DNA of 23,632 nucleotides from Atractiella rhizophila (lineage: Eukaryota), in the NCBI GenBank assembly GCA_021432655.1, contig MU271346.1:62001-85632 (forward strand), read 5' to 3'. The translations under genes and the position numbers were made by a program. Numbering within the stretch: position 1 is the first letter of the stretch; each line of letters opens with the position of its first letter. A model generated the notes under the pieces. It saw only the letters and a list, made by a program, of their open reading frames with translations. It ran no database searches and was not told the DNA's origin. Positions 1 through 11,216 of the stretch are shown here, piece after piece.

Positions 1-1557
1 TTATGGCACTTTTCAGTCGTACTACACCTCCCATGCGCCGTTCGACAACACATCAGGCAGCCTTGTCTCTGCAGTTGGCACCGTATCCATAGCACTTCTC
101 TTTTCTCTCATGCCTCTTGCCACGTATATTGTTCAAAGGTGGCCAAAATGGGCTCAGGAGATGCGTTGGGTTTCGATGGTTGTTGCTTGGGCAGCGATAT
201 TTGGAAGCAGCTTTTGTAATCAGGTGAAGTAATGTCATAGTTCCAGATGGTGCTGACAGAATGGATAGATATGGCAACTTCTACTGCTTCAAGGAATAGT
301 CTTTGGATTTGCCGCTGGGCTCATGTTGGTTCTCATTGGATCGACTCGCCGCCATTGACAATATCACTGAGCAGATATGCGCCTCTCATCCCGTACCTTT
401 CAGAGTGGTTCATCACTAGACGGAATCTCGCAATTGGTCAGTCTTCGTCATTGTCATCTCTCCACCTCATCTCCCATCTGAGATCTATCACAGGTATCAT
501 GTTTGCTGGTACGGGTTAGTTGCTCGTTTCGTTTACGGCGATAATCTGCCGACATATTTTCTGGTTCCAGGGACTGGTGGGACAGTATTGCCCCTTTTTC
601 TTGGAGCTTTACTCGACAGTGTGGGCTTTGGATGGACGCTACGAATTTGGTCTTTCGTCTTCCTTGCCCTCACAAGCATAGGGCTCTTGTTCTCCTCGCG
701 CCGCTTGCCTCGCGGGTCTAAGTTCTCGACCACGATCGCCGTACCTCCAACCGCTTCGATCATAAGCAAGGAACAGATCAAAAAGTCTCAATGGAGGTTT
801 CTTTGGAATCCGAAGTTCCAGATTCTTGTGCGCGCTCGTTTTGCTTCTGTCTAACTATCTGCTCATGAGAATGACAGAACACCATTTCTATTCTTTGGGC
901 TTTAGGCTTCTTTCCTGTCCCCATCTACCTCCCCATCTACACGGAAACCCTTGGGTATCCCCTGATCGTAGGGACTGGCGTTCTAGCAGTCTACAACTGC
1001 TGTCAAGCGATCTCCTTCATAATTTTCGGTTGGATAGGCGACCGATACTCCTATATACGGGTCGGACCGGTATCTTTTGGACTCGCCTCCCTCTTTGCTT
1101 TTTTCATCTGGGGATTCTTGGCTGACAACTTGGGCTGGACATTTGCTTTCGCTTTCTTATACCCCACGGTTGTGAGTTCCTCTGGCCACTTACGCTACAT
1201 GCTCTTATCGACGGAGCACAGATAGGAGGCAACGCATCAATGTGGCCTGCTATGGCTGCTGATGTGTCAAAAAGCGTCTCAGGTCTTTCTCACGCCTCCG
1301 ACGATGTTCCACTCATAGTTTCGACAATTGGAGCGATGCGAGGAATAGCCGCGATCATAGGTCCCATCATTGCTTCCGAACTGTACAAGCGGAAGAATGA
1401 AAAAAGCGATTTTGGAGCCTTTGGATTCAAAGCCTCGATCATCTTCGCGGGCGTATGCATGGGCGCAGCAAGTGTGCTGAGCGTTGTGATGTGGATGCAA
1501 AAGTTTTGGACGACCTCGACATGGTTGCAGAGGTTTCGGAAGTCCTTTTCACGTTGA
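1..1557 (+). CDS. MFS transporter, monocarboxylate porter (MCT/Mch)-like; multi-exon, 5' end outside window
   Basis: Spliced reading gives YGTFQSYYT...VSAVGT, WQLLLLQGIVFGFAAGL, YLSEWFITRRNLAIGIMFAG, GTGGTVLPLFLGALLDSVGFGWTLRIWSF and GIAAIIGPIIASELY. These are typical fungal MCT-type MFS motifs with many hydrophobic segments and GT-AG introns. Stop at 1555-1557. Confidence 0.9.
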
Positions 1558-2058
1558 TCGATCGAGCCATGCCAGGAGGGCTTCATCGTTTCACGCCTCT
1601 TCTTTCGGGTTGGATGGGCTTTTTGCTTCCTCTGCATGATCATCATTCTATGTGGAAGGTTTTGAAGCACTTGAGTTGCATACGATTTTCAGTTGCATTG
1701 CTGTACGGTTGACGAATCGTTGTCAGAGTTGTTGTACATCACAATCTTTCATTTTGTTTCATAAGTTGAGCAAGGACCCCCACGTGATTTCAAGGAAGAT
1801 CTATTATGACAATTACATCTTACATGATACACAGGGATGATGTAATCATGATGCACTGCTCAGAACAAGATAAAATTAGTGCAAACATCTATTGGTAATA
1901 AGGTTAATGAATCAATTAAGTTAAGAAACCACTTAAGGTTACCAGAGCTTGGAAGAAGGCCACAGAACCACCAGCCACCAGCTCAAATTTCGTCGAAGTT
2001 GGCTGCTGCTCAGCCAGATAATCCACCACCTCTTACTCCCACCAACTTGCCAGGAAGC

Positions 2059-5000
2059 ATGGACGCCCCTGTTGATGTGAAGCCAAAACGCAGACACGGT
2101 CCCATAGGCAGCTCCTGTCTTGAGTGCAAGCGGTACGTTTCTCCCATTCGCTCCCGCTTCTCGGTTAACAATCTGGTGCGATAGGCGAAAAATCCGGTGG
2201 GTTATCTTCTTTTGCTTCATGTTTTGTGATCCTAACCGGTGCCTTTGGACAACCTCATAGATGCGACAAGGTGCGTCCGTCCCAGTTCAATCACGTCAAC
2301 GTTTGATGCTAAAAGGCTATTTACAGGCAAACCCGTGCGGGAGCTGTATTCGTGCATTTTCCCCTCCTTCCCTAGCACAATCCACTTATCACCTCATCCC
2401 GCCGATTCAGGGCGAGAATGTCCCCACCTGTGCATCTGGGACGTTGAGCCCTCTCAACCTGACCGGCCGAAGTAGGATGCTCTTTTTCTCCAGCTGCACC
2501 TGCACACATTCTAATTATTGATTTATTTAAGGCACGGAAACCATTACGCGACAACCCTTGAGCTTCAGGCCATAACGCGTCGATTAGAAGTAGTGGAAAA
2601 AGTCCTGCACCGTGTTCGTCCTTAACTCTCCTGTCCATGTCCATTACATGATGCCACGATGTAGGAACGGTCCTCCTCCTCACACCCCCACGATCGCCCC
2701 ATGGACGCAGAACCACAGACACAGGAATTAGCCGCCGATACATTGGAGATGACATTTGCCAGTTTCCAACCTCCACCATTCCCATCACCTTCAATCGCGC
2801 GCTCTCACCCTCAGAACCCGAGTCAACCTCAAAATTCGTGTTCAGAAGACAGGACAGAATGGGCCACTAGCATCTGTGATACTAGGATCAAGCCTATTGG
2901 GCAGGCAGAAGCAGAAGAGGACATGAAGATTATGAGCCTTGTCCCAGGGGTGGAAGAGAGAGATTGGGTGCTCACCAAGGTCCGCCTTCTCCCCTCTTGT
3001 AATTCACAAGCTTACGGCCGAATGACGCATGCAGTTTTTCAATTTTGTAAGTGCCTCCTACATACAGAAGTATGGATACTGACGACGGATGATCGATCTA
3101 GCCAGATTGGACGTACCGTTGCATCCATTTCCCGACATTCAGCTCCGAAGTTGCCTACTTCTACACTCGAATCCTCCCATTCCCCTCCCTTGCCCAACCT
3201 CGTGTCGACCTTCTTTGGCTGGCTCTCTTCTTCCAAATCCTAGCAAATGGCGTGGAAGCTGCACTCGTAAAATCTCATGGTCTGGATGGACCCAATCCAT
3301 ATTCACAGCTTTCTCGTGACGAGGTCCAGGAGAAGGCGAAGCGATGGATGGCTGCTAGTCAGCGCTGTTTGGTCCTTGGGGAATACACAGAGCACCCACG
3401 GATACGGACTGTTCAGCAAGCTTTGCTTTTATTTCACCCTGGCAGATATTAACCCGAGATTAGGACCATCATCCTCTTTTGCCAAAACTTACAAACTACT
3501 GGTCTCGTCACCTATGCGGATACCTTTGCTCTGTCATTATTGGCGGTTGCCATTCGCATCTCCCAAGTATTAACATTACACAGACTGGGAGAGGACGAAG
3601 ACGTCTGTTTCTCTCCCTTCACTTCCCCACCTTAATATTGACGTACCGCCAGAAAATGCCACCTGACGATCCTGCTTTGCCACCAGGAAAGAATTCACTA
3701 AAACGTCAAATGGCGCTGCGCATCTTTGGAATCATTTGCTTTGTCAGTTGGACCCCTTCCTCGGCCTTTATTCTTATCATTGCTTATGACGATAACAGCA
3801 AGACTGGATGTCAGCGACAACAGTCGATCGAGCCTATCTCATAAACCCATCTCTGGTCGATTCGGAGCCTCCAATGAATATAAACGACGATTCTCTCTCC
3901 CTTACCTCCTCCTCCGTGACGCGCCAGCCCCCTCAAGTACTCACAGATGTGACATATGAACGGATGAAGCTTGCGGTGGCGAGGATGATGCAGACGACAC
4001 ATGAGAAAATTTTGTGTGCGCCGAACAAGGGCCCAGGATACGACGTTATCCTTGCACTTGATGATGTGCGTTTGTTTCTTTTGTATTTTGCAGCGCTCCT
4101 GTACTAATTGAATGTGGGCTGAACACAGCAATATCAGGACATGTTGAGCCACCTTCCGGATGAATTCACCCGCCCTCAACCATCGAACCAATCTCCTGTA
4201 TTTCATTGGCATAAATGTAAGTTTTCGTTACTCAATTAGGCCGGCACGTTGACAGGCGTTATAGATGGATCTCAAGACATGGTCTCTCTTCTTCCTGATA
4301 TATGCCAGAGCCGTGGTCTGAAAGTGAGGTTTATTAGATACACTACCGATTGATGAAGCTTCATCGACCCTTTTTGTTCCTCAAGGCATCTCGAAGAGAA
4401 CATGGATATTCTAAGGAACAGTGCATCCGTTCGGCCAGCATTGTCGTCCGCTCCGTCTTTGAACTTCGCGGTCAGTCCGTTTAACCCATCCTTCAGCGAA
4501 CTGATCTTTAACGCAGAAACACTGTCTCATGTCTGGTAAGGCTTTCAACACTGCGACAAAGTGTCGCTAAAAGATGGAAAAGGCATGTTTATCACCATGC
4601 TTTCGCTGCAACCATTGTCCTCTTTGCAGATATCTTCGAATCAATTGAGAAAGGCGTAGCACCGTCCATAATCGAAGAGAAAAGGAGGACCCTTCTTCTC
4701 GCACAGAACATCTTTGTACCAGACCGTATTCCAGGGCACAACCTTAATCATTTGGTCAGGCAAGCCGCCACAGCAGTCAAATTGTTGCTGGACGGTGTGC
4801 AGGTCAAGAGTAATGGTAAGTGAACCATTACGCGTGGACTTGGATAGCAACTGATCTGATCTTCTTCAGAGGATACGGATAACAAACCAAACCGTAACAG
4901 CTACAGCTCTTTTGTGCAGGTTTGTCCTTCCGTCTTTCGTCTTCGTGTCCAGCCAGATTTGATACCTTTTAGGTCCTTCAATCCGTAGCTGGGCGACTTG

Positions 5001-5569
5001 AGACGCTCCTCTCTGACGGTGCTCAAGCCGGGTTTAAACCAAGAGTTGCGATGGCTGTTCCACCAACTCCATCTTCTCACACATCTCCAATGACGCATCT
5101 TCAGCCTCCCCAATGTTCGTCACTGCAACCCCGTTATTCTTATTCCAACGAGGGCTTCCTTGAACTCTTGATTGAAGACATAGAAAATACCCAGGCGACC
5201 GGAGGATCGGTTCAAGCGTTCGAGTACGCGTTACAGTCTACGCCGTTCCAGCAACCCATTGAACTGGGAGGATCACAACCAGCCATGACAACTCCAGTGC
5301 CTGTCTCTGCGGCTCCGCTCCCACTATCGCACTATCCTCCTCAACAACAACTCACCATTGCTCAGCCTCAGATCCAGCCACCGTACACAGTCCCCTCAAA
5401 CTCATCTCAATTCTCGATGCAGCAGTTTCCGTCCCACCACAATCTCCCTCATGCTATACCTCTATCGAGACCACAAATGGAAACACCCTATGTACAGACA
5501 CCTATAGGATATCACCCGCCTCTACAGTACAAACAGGAACCTTCCCCTCATTATATGTCGAAATATTGA
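2059..5569 (+). CDS. Zn(II)2Cys6 (GAL4-type) transcription factor with fungal-specific middle domain and Q/P-rich C-terminus; many exons
   Basis: ATG at 2059. Joining exons 2059-2132, 2185-2196, 2261-2270, 2327-2351 and 2411-2471 gives CLECKRRKIRCDKANPCGSCIRRECPHLC, followed by coiled-coil-like ELQAITRRLEVVEKVL. Later exons include EPPMNINDD, KLHRPFL and YSKEQCIRSASIV. The last exon ends at TGA 5567-5569. Confidence 0.9.
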
Positions 5570-8480
5570 TAACTTCAGTATTTCAAACCCGCTGCATTTT
5601 CTTATGGGACATTTTGGTGACTGTTCCAAGTTTAGTACAGTCAGTTGTTGCAAATGTGGACGTTGGAGTCAAATGTTGCAGCATTATTGTGATCATTTTG
5701 TCCTTGCTTGTCGTCTCCCAATGAATTTGTCTTTGCACATGTTTCTTATGCCCTTTTAATGCTTCCGATTGACTTCGTGCCTTGTTATTATAAGCTGCTA
5801 TTAAAGCCAGTTTAATTGTTCAGGAATAATTTACGATAATGCATCACTTATTGATATCATCCTACTCCTTTTCTGCCAACTTGAATCCTAATATCCTAAT
5901 GTACAGTCTACATAACAAGGCGTACCACCATTCACACCAAACATCACAACAACCGATACTGCCTCGTTCACGGCTAACTTTAACTCGTCTTAGTCCCAAC
6001 GTCCCACGACCACCATGTTATCTCAGTCACACCAGATGTATTTACTTATCACTACTAATAAGAATCCGTGCGTTTTTGGCTCTATGAACGACAATGCAAT
6101 TACTACAAATACATCGCGCAATGCAAGTCAGAAGTCATGAAGGCTTTATGCCAATTTACAAAGCACAAAACGAATATGCAAACGGGTCCACAAAATGAAC
6201 TAACTCCATTCCTGATCCTACTTCTTTCCCACGAAAAAACTACCCTGCACATCAACTCCTTTTACGGCGAGACCACTTTTAGTAATTCCTTCGATTGCAA
6301 CTCTCACGTCCGCTTTCCCTTTGATCCCAGCTTGCGTGCCCTTTCCGAAAATCACTTTGCTGACGAAAGCCGCGGAAAATATCTCCTCGTCCTTCCAAGA
6401 CTTCCAGCGGAATGTCTTCGAGGTAAGTCCTCACCTCACTGACCAGCTTGCCATCTTCGTCGTATCGATGTGTCGTAGTAGCGGGGGCAAAATCCGGCGT
6501 TCGTAACCTTCCAAAGGCATTTTCGGGGGTGGGTTCTGGTGGGTACTTGTCGTTTGCACTCTTCTGTGGTGGCTCGCCATCATAGACATATATGTCTGGC
6601 CAGATGGCTGTGATGTCGGTTTGAGGTTCGAACGATTTGAGCGCAGCCGGGAGATTCAAGAAACCTTTGACCCAACCAGAAGCTCTGATCTCAGTCCCCG
6701 CTTTACCTAGAGACAACTTCATGTCCTCTATCTTGACATGCTCGAGAAGATGCAGCCGTTCTTGCGCGCCAGGGAAGTCATAACGCAGTTCTTGCCTCTT
6801 CAAGACGTCTACAACAAAATCTGGCGGGACATTCTTGCCGGGAGATCGCTTAGCTGAATCGTAACGGAAGACGACTTCATTCGGTTGGCGCCGGAGGTAG
6901 CGAGAGAGAAAGCGCGAGACGACGTTTTCGACTTCTTTGGAAGGTTCAATAGGCTCGACCCAACCACTGATGGTTAAATTGATTTCCTTTTGGGAGTTGT
7001 CAAATGTGAATGGAATGGTCGCTACACGGGCGAGGAGAAAATCTGGCACGCTGTGGCCGTCTACAGGAGGGATGGGGAAGTAGACCCCGAATGGGAACGT
7101 CCAAGGAACATCAAATCTGAGGATTGGAGGTTTCGAAGGAATGGTGGGAGATTCTTAGAGAAGGTTGTTGATGGGTGAAGCGGATTGAGGAGAATTCCGC
7201 GAGCGGTGAGGCTGATCAGTTTCTCTTTGATCGTCGAACTGTCTAATCCCAGCGATTGGAGTTGGGTATCCGTCCCCTTTGTGCTATTTACCATCTTGAA
7301 GTCGTAGGAAACCAGCCGGAGTAACGAAGCGGGCTCTGGAAGCGGTGGTAGTGCAGGAACTGTCGCATCCTTGCGTCAGTTACATGCTTCAGCACAGGAG
7401 AATGACGTGGGCAAGATGCGTATATTCATTTGCTTTTGATGATCATTAGTCAAAGAGGGCATGACACAGGCAAGACAAAACGATTAGAGTAACCTCATGA
7501 TTCAAGAAGTGTTCTCTTCTTTAAAGCGGTCAGGATCTTCTTTTTCCCTGCACCTGCTCTTTCCCTCGCTACTACAGAAAGGAAAGGCCCCTCACACCCC
7601 ACTCTGCCCAGGAAAGACGTACCTTCTCCTTTAACATCAATTCCCCATCCTTTCACCCCCAACTTCCATCCGCGAACCTTCACACCACCTTGCTTGCCCA
7701 CAACGCGACCTTTGAGATCCCCTCCTCCGCTCTTGACCAGCTCTACCACCTCTTCGATCGCTTCCTTCGCTCCCCTGCCCGTCGTGACCTCGACCCTCAA
7801 ATCAATGGACTGCTCTCGTCCAATCTCGATAGGCGGACAATCCAACACCTTGAGCGACGCCACTTCCTTTCCATCCGTTCCCTCTGACTGTCCCGAAAGA
7901 TAAACGGCGGCAGATAGATCGTATGCTTCCACCTCCGCCTTGCTTCCCTCCTCCCCAATGCCCGCTTTCAACGCTAGCCTGAACAGGAGGGGAAGCGAGT
8001 CTGAGCTGATACGCACTCCCACCCCTCGCACCAATACCTCCGCTCTACCCTTTCCTGCGCCTAATAACTCCAACGAGGATGAATCTGTCCATTGTACGTT
8101 CAGCGCTTCGGTAGGAGGTTTGAACATGAGCTGCCCGATTGAGAGGTGGAGGATGGGAATCAAGAGGATGAGAAACGAGAGGAAGAACAGAAGGGTTATC
8201 CGCATGGTCCATGCCAAGATCCTATGCTTCGACTGTCTCTTCTCTCCAGCCTCGACATCTCCTTCGTCATGACCCCTGACACCTTCACTCCTGGAGTCTC
8301 CGTGCAGCAGGGGAGTCTGCTCGTCGGCGTCTGGGAGTGCTGGAGAGTAGGAGGGAGAGAGTCCTGCGCTGGGAGTGCGCAATAAGGGTCCACGGCCGTG
8401 GGAGGGACGCTTGGGCTTGTGCGTTTGGAGCGAGGGAGGACGGGAGGACGCTGACGTTGAGGGGGCTGGGGAGTCGGTGG
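4088..8480. repeat. Segment C: source of the large inverted duplication (copy at 19176-23632)
   Basis: The reverse complement of 8471-8480 (CCACCGACTC) starts at 19176, and the window end (..CAGGAGCGCTGCAA) is the reverse complement of 4088-4101. Mirrored ORFs include the identical 172 aa ORFs 5051..5569 and 22151..22669. The left limit is set by the window end, not by a breakpoint. Confidence 0.98.
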
Positions 8481-8520
8481 GGGAGGAGGGAATGGCGAAC
8501 GGCGGGGGCGGGGAGGACAT
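6218..8520 (-). CDS. Single-pass type II membrane protein, Tag1-like (putative vacuolar); 2 exons; two apparent frameshifts in exon 2 of this copy
   Basis: Exon 1 is 8520-7623 (an in-frame upstream ATG exists at 8601), the phase-1 intron is 7622-7360 (GTACGT...CAG), and exon 2 is 7359-6218. It has a P/S-rich N-terminus, acidic dileucine motif DEQTPLL, one TM segment (ITLLFFLSFLILLIPILHLSI) and a luminal part with WPDIYVYDG...PENAFG...DIPLEVLEGR...FVSKVIFG. Relative to the right-hand copy there is a -1 near 7121 and a +1 near 6366. The family assignment is from recall of motifs, not a search. Confidence 0.7.
8461..8490 (+). other. Canonical G-quadruplex motif containing the duplication breakpoint
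   Basis: GGGGG-CT-GGGG-AGTCGGT-GGGGG-AGGA-GGG fits (G3+N1-7)3G3+. The breakpoint 8480/8481 falls in the third G tract. Confidence 0.6.
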
Positions 8521-8683
8521 GCTGCCAGTGTCTATGTCTGAGGGTCGTAACTGGAGCGGTAGATGGTGGTCGTCGTTATCACTTTGCAGCAAGCAGGGCA
8601 TCCGAAATAGGGGTTGCTGTTCTTTCTCTTCGATCGACGATCACTTTGTTGCTTCAAGACTTCAACTTGTCACTTGGCCTTAG

Positions 8684-9082
8684 AGCGTGCTGTCTTGGAA
8701 GAATGCAAGAACGGGGAGAGGAGCAGTGAAAGAGAAGTAGTATGACCCAGCATGGACAATGCATGAGATGTCGGAGTCCACGCAACAGTTCGTCTTTTTT
8801 CTGCAATCAAGGAACGGGAACGAGCGATTAGCTCTCTATAAGCGTTTTGTTGCAAAAGAGATATTCAAGGTAGATAATTCAGCACCCACCGCTTCTCCAC
8901 ATTGGTACGGGTCGCAATTTGTCCAATTTGTCTCCTTGCCTTTGCTTCCTCTGAGGTGACATGATGACAATGGCGTGGAACAATGCTTCGCCTGTCAAAA
9001 GAGCAGAGAAGATGTATTTGATAGGATGAGGTCTATGTACCATTCACAGTTGAAATGCTTGAATGCTGCTTTTTTGGGCTGA
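8684..9082 (+). pseudogene. Degenerate 3' fragment of an unknown gene (second copy at 17535-17902, minus strand)
   Basis: The frame ...YDPAWTMHEMSESTQQFVFFLQ...ASPHW is followed by an intron-like GTACGG...AG and then HDDNGVEQCFACQKSR...NAAFLG*. There is an in-frame TAG at 8738, and a TGA at 8957-8959 where the other copy has TGG. No family recognised. Confidence 0.35.
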
Positions 9083-10356
9083 GAATACATTCTTTTCGTC
9101 CCCGCTGAGGTCTGTGGATTGAGAACATCCTCCAGCTCTTGTGCCCCAGAACTCTCCTTAACAAAAAAAACGCTTCTTGAAAATAATCTAACCAAAAGAA
9201 TAAACATCCCTGAACTCTGGCCCGCATTGAATTTGCACTTATTAAATCGAGCATTTCTGATAAACTGCTCACGAGTACGGATTCTCGCAGGTGCGTCTTG
9301 CCTCTCAGTTAAGGCTGGGGATAGGTTCAAACTTTCCTCTATTCATCGGCTCTCGTGTATTTGTAAGACATGCAGAGATCACGCAGTCTTTTTGTACTCT
9401 TTCGCCTTGTTACCCCTGCATTTCCCCTGTTGATAGTTCGATTGTCAAGTGTCAAGTGCTTCGTTATCCGCGCTGCCTCAGTCCAGCTGGCAAGCTTCTT
9501 TGAAACTTTTTGATGAGCAAGAATTTACAGAACTCTCCGGTTGCCGTGGATCGACCTCACGCCTAGGAACGTAACGTTGAGACTGACGCAGTTCTCTGAA
9601 TAATACGAAATTGAAGGAGTGACACCACATCCTAAAGCAACCGCAGGAAGTGGTATAAATTGGATGGTCTGGTATAAGCTACCCTCAGAATTGTCTAATA
9701 GTTCCCGACAATGAAGCTTTACGCTTTTTACCTGCTGGCTGCTGTTACCTCTGCCGCTCTTCTCCTTCCATGCAAGGGTTACGGTCATGAAGTGACGTGG
9801 GAAGGTACGTCAAATGGTTCGTCCACCCGCCCGCTTTGCCCATTTCCATTTCTGATTCACATGCCGCTTAGGCAATATGAAGACAATAAACGGAGTTCCA
9901 CCTGCGTTAATTTGCACAAGGGGGGGGGGGTTCAATCCGAGGAAAGAAGCGCTCATATACCTCACCGGTGTTTTTGGACTCCCTCATGTGAATAACAAGC
10001 TCCTCGCGTGCAATTTTTGGGTACTATTTCGACGTGTTTGCCCCAGATTATCTCAACGGTGATACTGTTCCCTTTTCGGGACTCAATGATCCTAACGTCT
10101 ATTACATTTTTGCAGTTTTGCAAGCTAGTGAGAGCTGATACGGATGGTGGCAGGCAAACGACTTCTTGAACCTTTGGCGGACCAATCATAACCCTTCCTA
10201 TCCTCCTCAATCTCATTGAAGGTCTCCAGCAAAATTGGATACAAGCGCTTTCTCACGACTGGATATTGTTTCGGAGGTTAGAGGTTCTCTCCCGTTCTCT
10301 ACTTCTTTTCATCGAATTGCTTCCAGGTCTGTATGCCCTCAAACTGGCTCAGCGAA
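8712..10356. repeat. Segment A, duplicated in inverted orientation at 16265-17902
   Basis: CGGGGAGAGGAGCAGTG at 8712 matches the reverse complement ending at 17902, and AAACTGGCTCAGCGAA ending at 10356 matches the reverse complement starting at 16265. Similarity is continuous between them, about 90% by eye. Confidence 0.95.
9654..9660 (+). promoter_or_regulatory. Putative TATA box of the dienelactone hydrolase pseudogene
   Basis: TATAAAT about 50 nt upstream of ATG 9711, also retained in the inverted copy. Confidence 0.45.
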
Positions 10357-10783
10357 ATATGGCCTCTGTCTCAACTTTGCGCACACACCAGTTTGAATTG
10401 CCAGATGATTTCGAGGTAATCCGCAAGAAATCGCATGTCCCAATCCAAGTTAACAGGTTAGGTTGCATACTAAATGAGGCTTACAGCTAACGACGGGCGT
10501 CATTCAGTGCCGAATTTGATGACTACTTCAATCTCACGAGTCAGGCGTTGGTGGACGATATAATGCATGGATACAAAGCTGGCTACAACAGAACCTTCTT
10601 CGCTGGAGTGGGGCATGGTTTCGCTGTTCGAGCTGACCTTGTGGGTGGGGGCCTTGCATTGATAGATGGTTGAGTCTGAGAGAACAAATTAGTCTAATCC
10701 AGGAGAAGGCGGCAAAGGAGGGAGCGTTCTTCGACGCTGTTTGCTTTCCATTACTCTCATTCCAATGGCTGACAATGATTTAG
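9711..10783 (+). pseudogene. Dienelactone hydrolase family (alpha/beta hydrolase) pseudogene with N-terminal signal peptide
   Basis: Exon pieces read MKLYAFYLLAAVTSAALLLPCKG..HEVTWE|GNMKTINGV..EALIYLTGVFGLPHVNNKLLA, FDVFAPDYLNGDTVP, TTGYCFG|G (nucleophile motif, ~10255-10277), LPDDFE..VPIQVN|SAEFD, FAGVGHGFAVRADL (catalytic His) and KAAKEGAF. Introns include 9805-9871, 10457-10507 and 10641-10692. Frameshifts near 10020, 10190, 10232 and 10701 are needed to join the pieces. Confidence 0.85.
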
Positions 10784-11046
10784 CTGGAATGGTTAAGGAG
10801 GTAGCGACATCTGATCTTAACAATGATAATATACTCTTGCATGTCTGGTTGTTAATAAGTCGAAATGCTATTGCCAGTTTGTTATTGCCAGATTGATACA
10901 AATCGGTCCAAACATTCTCGCGGAAATCCTACTTCTGGCAGCCATGACCCGAGGTACATTCAGCCTCATCTCATACAATGTGGATTGTGGATAGTAGGAG
11001 AACGGCAGCGTCCGATTCAAACACTACTCCATAGTCTCTAAGCAGC

Positions 11047-11123
11047 TGAGTAATCAAGGGTTGACGAATGGCACTGAAGTATGGCATCATTTGGATTCGA
11101 GATTTTTCATCCGGCGTATAAAA
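11047..11123 (+). promoter_or_regulatory. Peroxiredoxin promoter: Yap1-response-element-like site and TATA box
   Basis: TGAGTAA at 11047-11053 (reverse complement TTACTCA, a known YRE variant) and TATAAAA at 11117-11123, about 95 nt upstream of ATG 11217. Confidence 0.5.
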
Positions 11124-11216
11124 GCACTCGAGCTGGCGTCCTCTGCCAAGTTCCATCCATCTGCATCCATCGACGATCAATCTGCGCTTCTCCAGTCATT
11201 GAAATTTATTCGCAAA

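Noticed and set aside
5839..6442. Short + strand ORFs (82 aa, 124 aa) and their mirrors at 21220-21881
   Set aside because: They overlap the 3' end and UTR of the minus-strand gene, and their frames are not conserved between the two copies.
7495..7622. C-terminal GTSFLGR...TLLES of the 368 aa and 384 aa ORFs
   Set aside because: Read-through into the intron starting GTACGT; splicing joins exon 1 in frame to the downstream exon.
8712..10356. RIP-like mutation between duplicated segments
   Set aside because: Differences include transversions and indels and occur in both directions; no consistent dinucleotide bias was apparent by eye.
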